32,000 nt of DNA from Pyrobaculum calidifontis JCM 11548 (GTDB taxonomy: Archaea; Thermoproteota; Thermoprotei; Thermoproteales; Thermoproteaceae). The position numbers and the translations under genes are program-made. This document shows positions 31,012-32,000 of this stretch, in pieces. Where the stretch lies: assembly GCF_000015805.1 (NCBI RefSeq), contig NC_009073.1:600001-632000 (forward strand), given 5' to 3'. The notes beneath the pieces are model-generated. The model did no database searches, was not told the origin of the DNA, and saw only the letters and a list, made by a program, of their open reading frames with translations. Within the stretch, counting starts at the first letter, position 1; every line of letters begins with the position of its first letter.

Positions 31012-31427
31012 CTAAAAGAGCCCAGAAATTCGCCGGCCCTTTTAGCCACGGCAGGGAACTTCCTAAGAAGTTCTCTGTCGTATGTGATAAGTATCCCATT
31101 AACTAACTCTGTCAGCGCTACATAAACTGCGTCGTATACCGTCACGTCGTATTCAAAAGCTAGTTCCACAGCCCTATTCAACACGTGTTCTACATCGACG
31201 ACTATTAGGCGAAGCATTTTCAAGGCCCCTAAGGCATCAAAAACGTCGTTCACAGTCAGTCCCTGGGTGTACCTCAAGGCGTTGGCCAACTCAACAAACA
31301 ACAGAGATGGGGCGTAGATGGAGACGCGCCTCTTCTTATATAGATCGACTATTTGCCGCATCTCGGGCGTTTCCTCCTCTTCTCTGAATAGCTTAACTAC
31401 CGCGCTCGCGTCTAGAACCAGCCTCAC
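31008..31427 (-). CDS. vapC: PIN-domain ribonuclease toxin (VapC family)
   Basis: GTG start. The N-terminus MRLVLDASAVVKLF carries the first acidic residue, followed by FVELANAL, VYDAVYVAL and ITYDRELL, giving the spacing of the PIN acidic quartet. It has a 4-nt GTGA overlap with the upstream small ORF. Confidence 0.8.
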   Translation of the reverse strand: MRLVLDASAVVKLFREEEETPEMRQIVDLYKKRRVSIYAPSLLFVELANALRYTQGLTVNDVFDALGALKMLRLIVVDVEHVLNRAVELAFEYDVTVYDAVYVALTELVNGILITYDRELLRKFPAVAKRAGEFLGSFS

Positions 31428-31516
31428 CAGCGCCTTACATCTCTAAACCTCCTCACCAGCTCGGCGGCGTCCTCCCTTGGCCTAGCCTTCTCGGCAATTC
31501 TCTCCATGACTTTCAA
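31424..31516 (-). CDS. Putative very short VapB-like antitoxin (27-30 aa; start unresolved, TTG 31516 or ATG 31507)
   Basis: The reading frame ...LKVMERIAEKARPREDAAELVRRFRDVRRW ends in TGA, overlapping the vapC GTG. A TATA-like AAATATTATAT lies at about 31575-31585 on the minus strand, and the first in-frame start codons after it are TTG 31516 and ATG 31507. The 189-aa track ORF extends far upstream through low-complexity AT-rich sequence and is not credible as a whole. Confidence 0.3.
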   Translation of the reverse strand: MKVMERIAEKARPREDAAELVRRFRDVRRW

Positions 31517-31844
31517 CGCCTCATCTATTTCCTCCTCCCACGATCTCTCTAATGTTCCTTCTCTTTCGCGCGCTGATATAATATTTAGATAGCCAACAAA
31601 ATTAACATGCGAATGAGGTATGGCGACGCTAATAGGATAAGTGATAACAATGATTGTAACGATAATGCCCTCCCTTGTCTTAGCTAATGCGTTTGGCTTT
31701 TCCACGTAAAAAAGCCACGTTGATGTTAATAACTTTTGCCCCCGCTGGCCACTTTTTAAAAATGCTCGACATATTCTTCGCATATTTTTCTGGTGTGAGC
31801 TGGTTTTAGGCGACGGCGTTAAAATATTGGCTCGTAGGGTGGTT

Positions 31845-32000
31845 ATGAACAAAACCATAATACTTACACTGGGGCTAGCGGCGTTGCTGTTCGCCGTAAA
31901 CACGGTGGTGATACCCCCAATGGCTAAGCTGGAGAACATAGCGTACAAGGTTGAGGAAACTGCGCTTAAGATCGACGGCGCTGGCGTTGTCACACTTGCC
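31845..32000 (+). CDS. Secreted/membrane protein, N-terminal 52 aa only (runs off the window)
   Basis: ATG 31845 lies 20-26 nt downstream of ttaaaatatt (31819-31828). The signal-like N-terminus is MNKTIILTLGLAALLFAVNTVVIPP. The frame is open to the window end. Confidence 0.45.
   Translation, partial: MNKTIILTLGLAALLFAVNTVVIPPMAKLENIAYKVEETALKIDGAGVVTLA

Noticed and set aside
31517-31993. The N-terminal ~160 aa of the 189-aa ORF 31424..31993(-).
   Set aside because: It is low-complexity and runs through an AT-rich spacer. It also runs antisense to a better plus-strand start (ATG 31845 with a correctly spaced TATA). Only the last ~30 codons, which are coupled to vapC, look meaningful.
1-32000. 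I looked for CRISPR arrays, rRNA genes, intact IS elements or transposases, and integrase genes.
   Set aside because: No regularly spaced direct repeats, no rRNA-like conserved stretches, and no ORF with transposase or integrase motifs were seen anywhere in the window.

Overview
This 32-kb window reads like a high-GC crenarchaeal chromosome with leaderless transcripts, probably Thermoproteales (Pyrobaculum/Thermoproteus-like). That assignment is inference from gene content, TTAAA-type TATA boxes 22-30 nt upstream of ATG/GTG starts, and frequent 4-nt start/stop overlaps.

Backbone genes: the 3' part of aIF5B, tRNA-Leu(CAA), QueE, an M19 dipeptidase, a Trm10-like SPOUT methyltransferase, a MetE-like methionine synthase, a thiolase, RpiA, a CBS-pair protein, an AOR-family aldehyde:ferredoxin oxidoreductase, a four-subunit 2-oxoacid:ferredoxin oxidoreductase operon (gamma-delta-alpha-beta), and YjbQ plus a ThiL-like kinase.

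Envelope and accessory genes: two FtsX-type permeases with no ATPase gene nearby, a CARDB/COG1361-like surface protein, a 786-aa orphan membrane glycoprotein, an anchored solute-binding-like protein, small wHTH regulators, an orphan UPF0175-like antitoxin, and a vapC PIN module.

The most unusual observations are:
1. The whole 1.5-kb gene-free gap at 4721-6166 is one giant, old, imperfect palindrome with its axis near 5440. Each arm keeps discrete conserved blocks, including a C/D-box-like k-turn RNA unit closed by a 10-bp G/C stem.
2. An AT-rich two-gene module lies directly downstream of the tRNA-Leu 3' end. It encodes an ABC/SMC-type AAA ATPase and a translationally abutted 122-aa protein with a possible mini-TOPRIM layout, and it looks like an acquired defence-type island.
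3. A small membrane-protein gene is interrupted at a 7-nt C/G homopolymer.
4. There is a sharply AT-rich mosaic segment inside the large membrane glycoprotein gene.

No CRISPR array, rRNA or intact IS element was seen. All functional calls come from motif recognition by eye, because no database search was possible.
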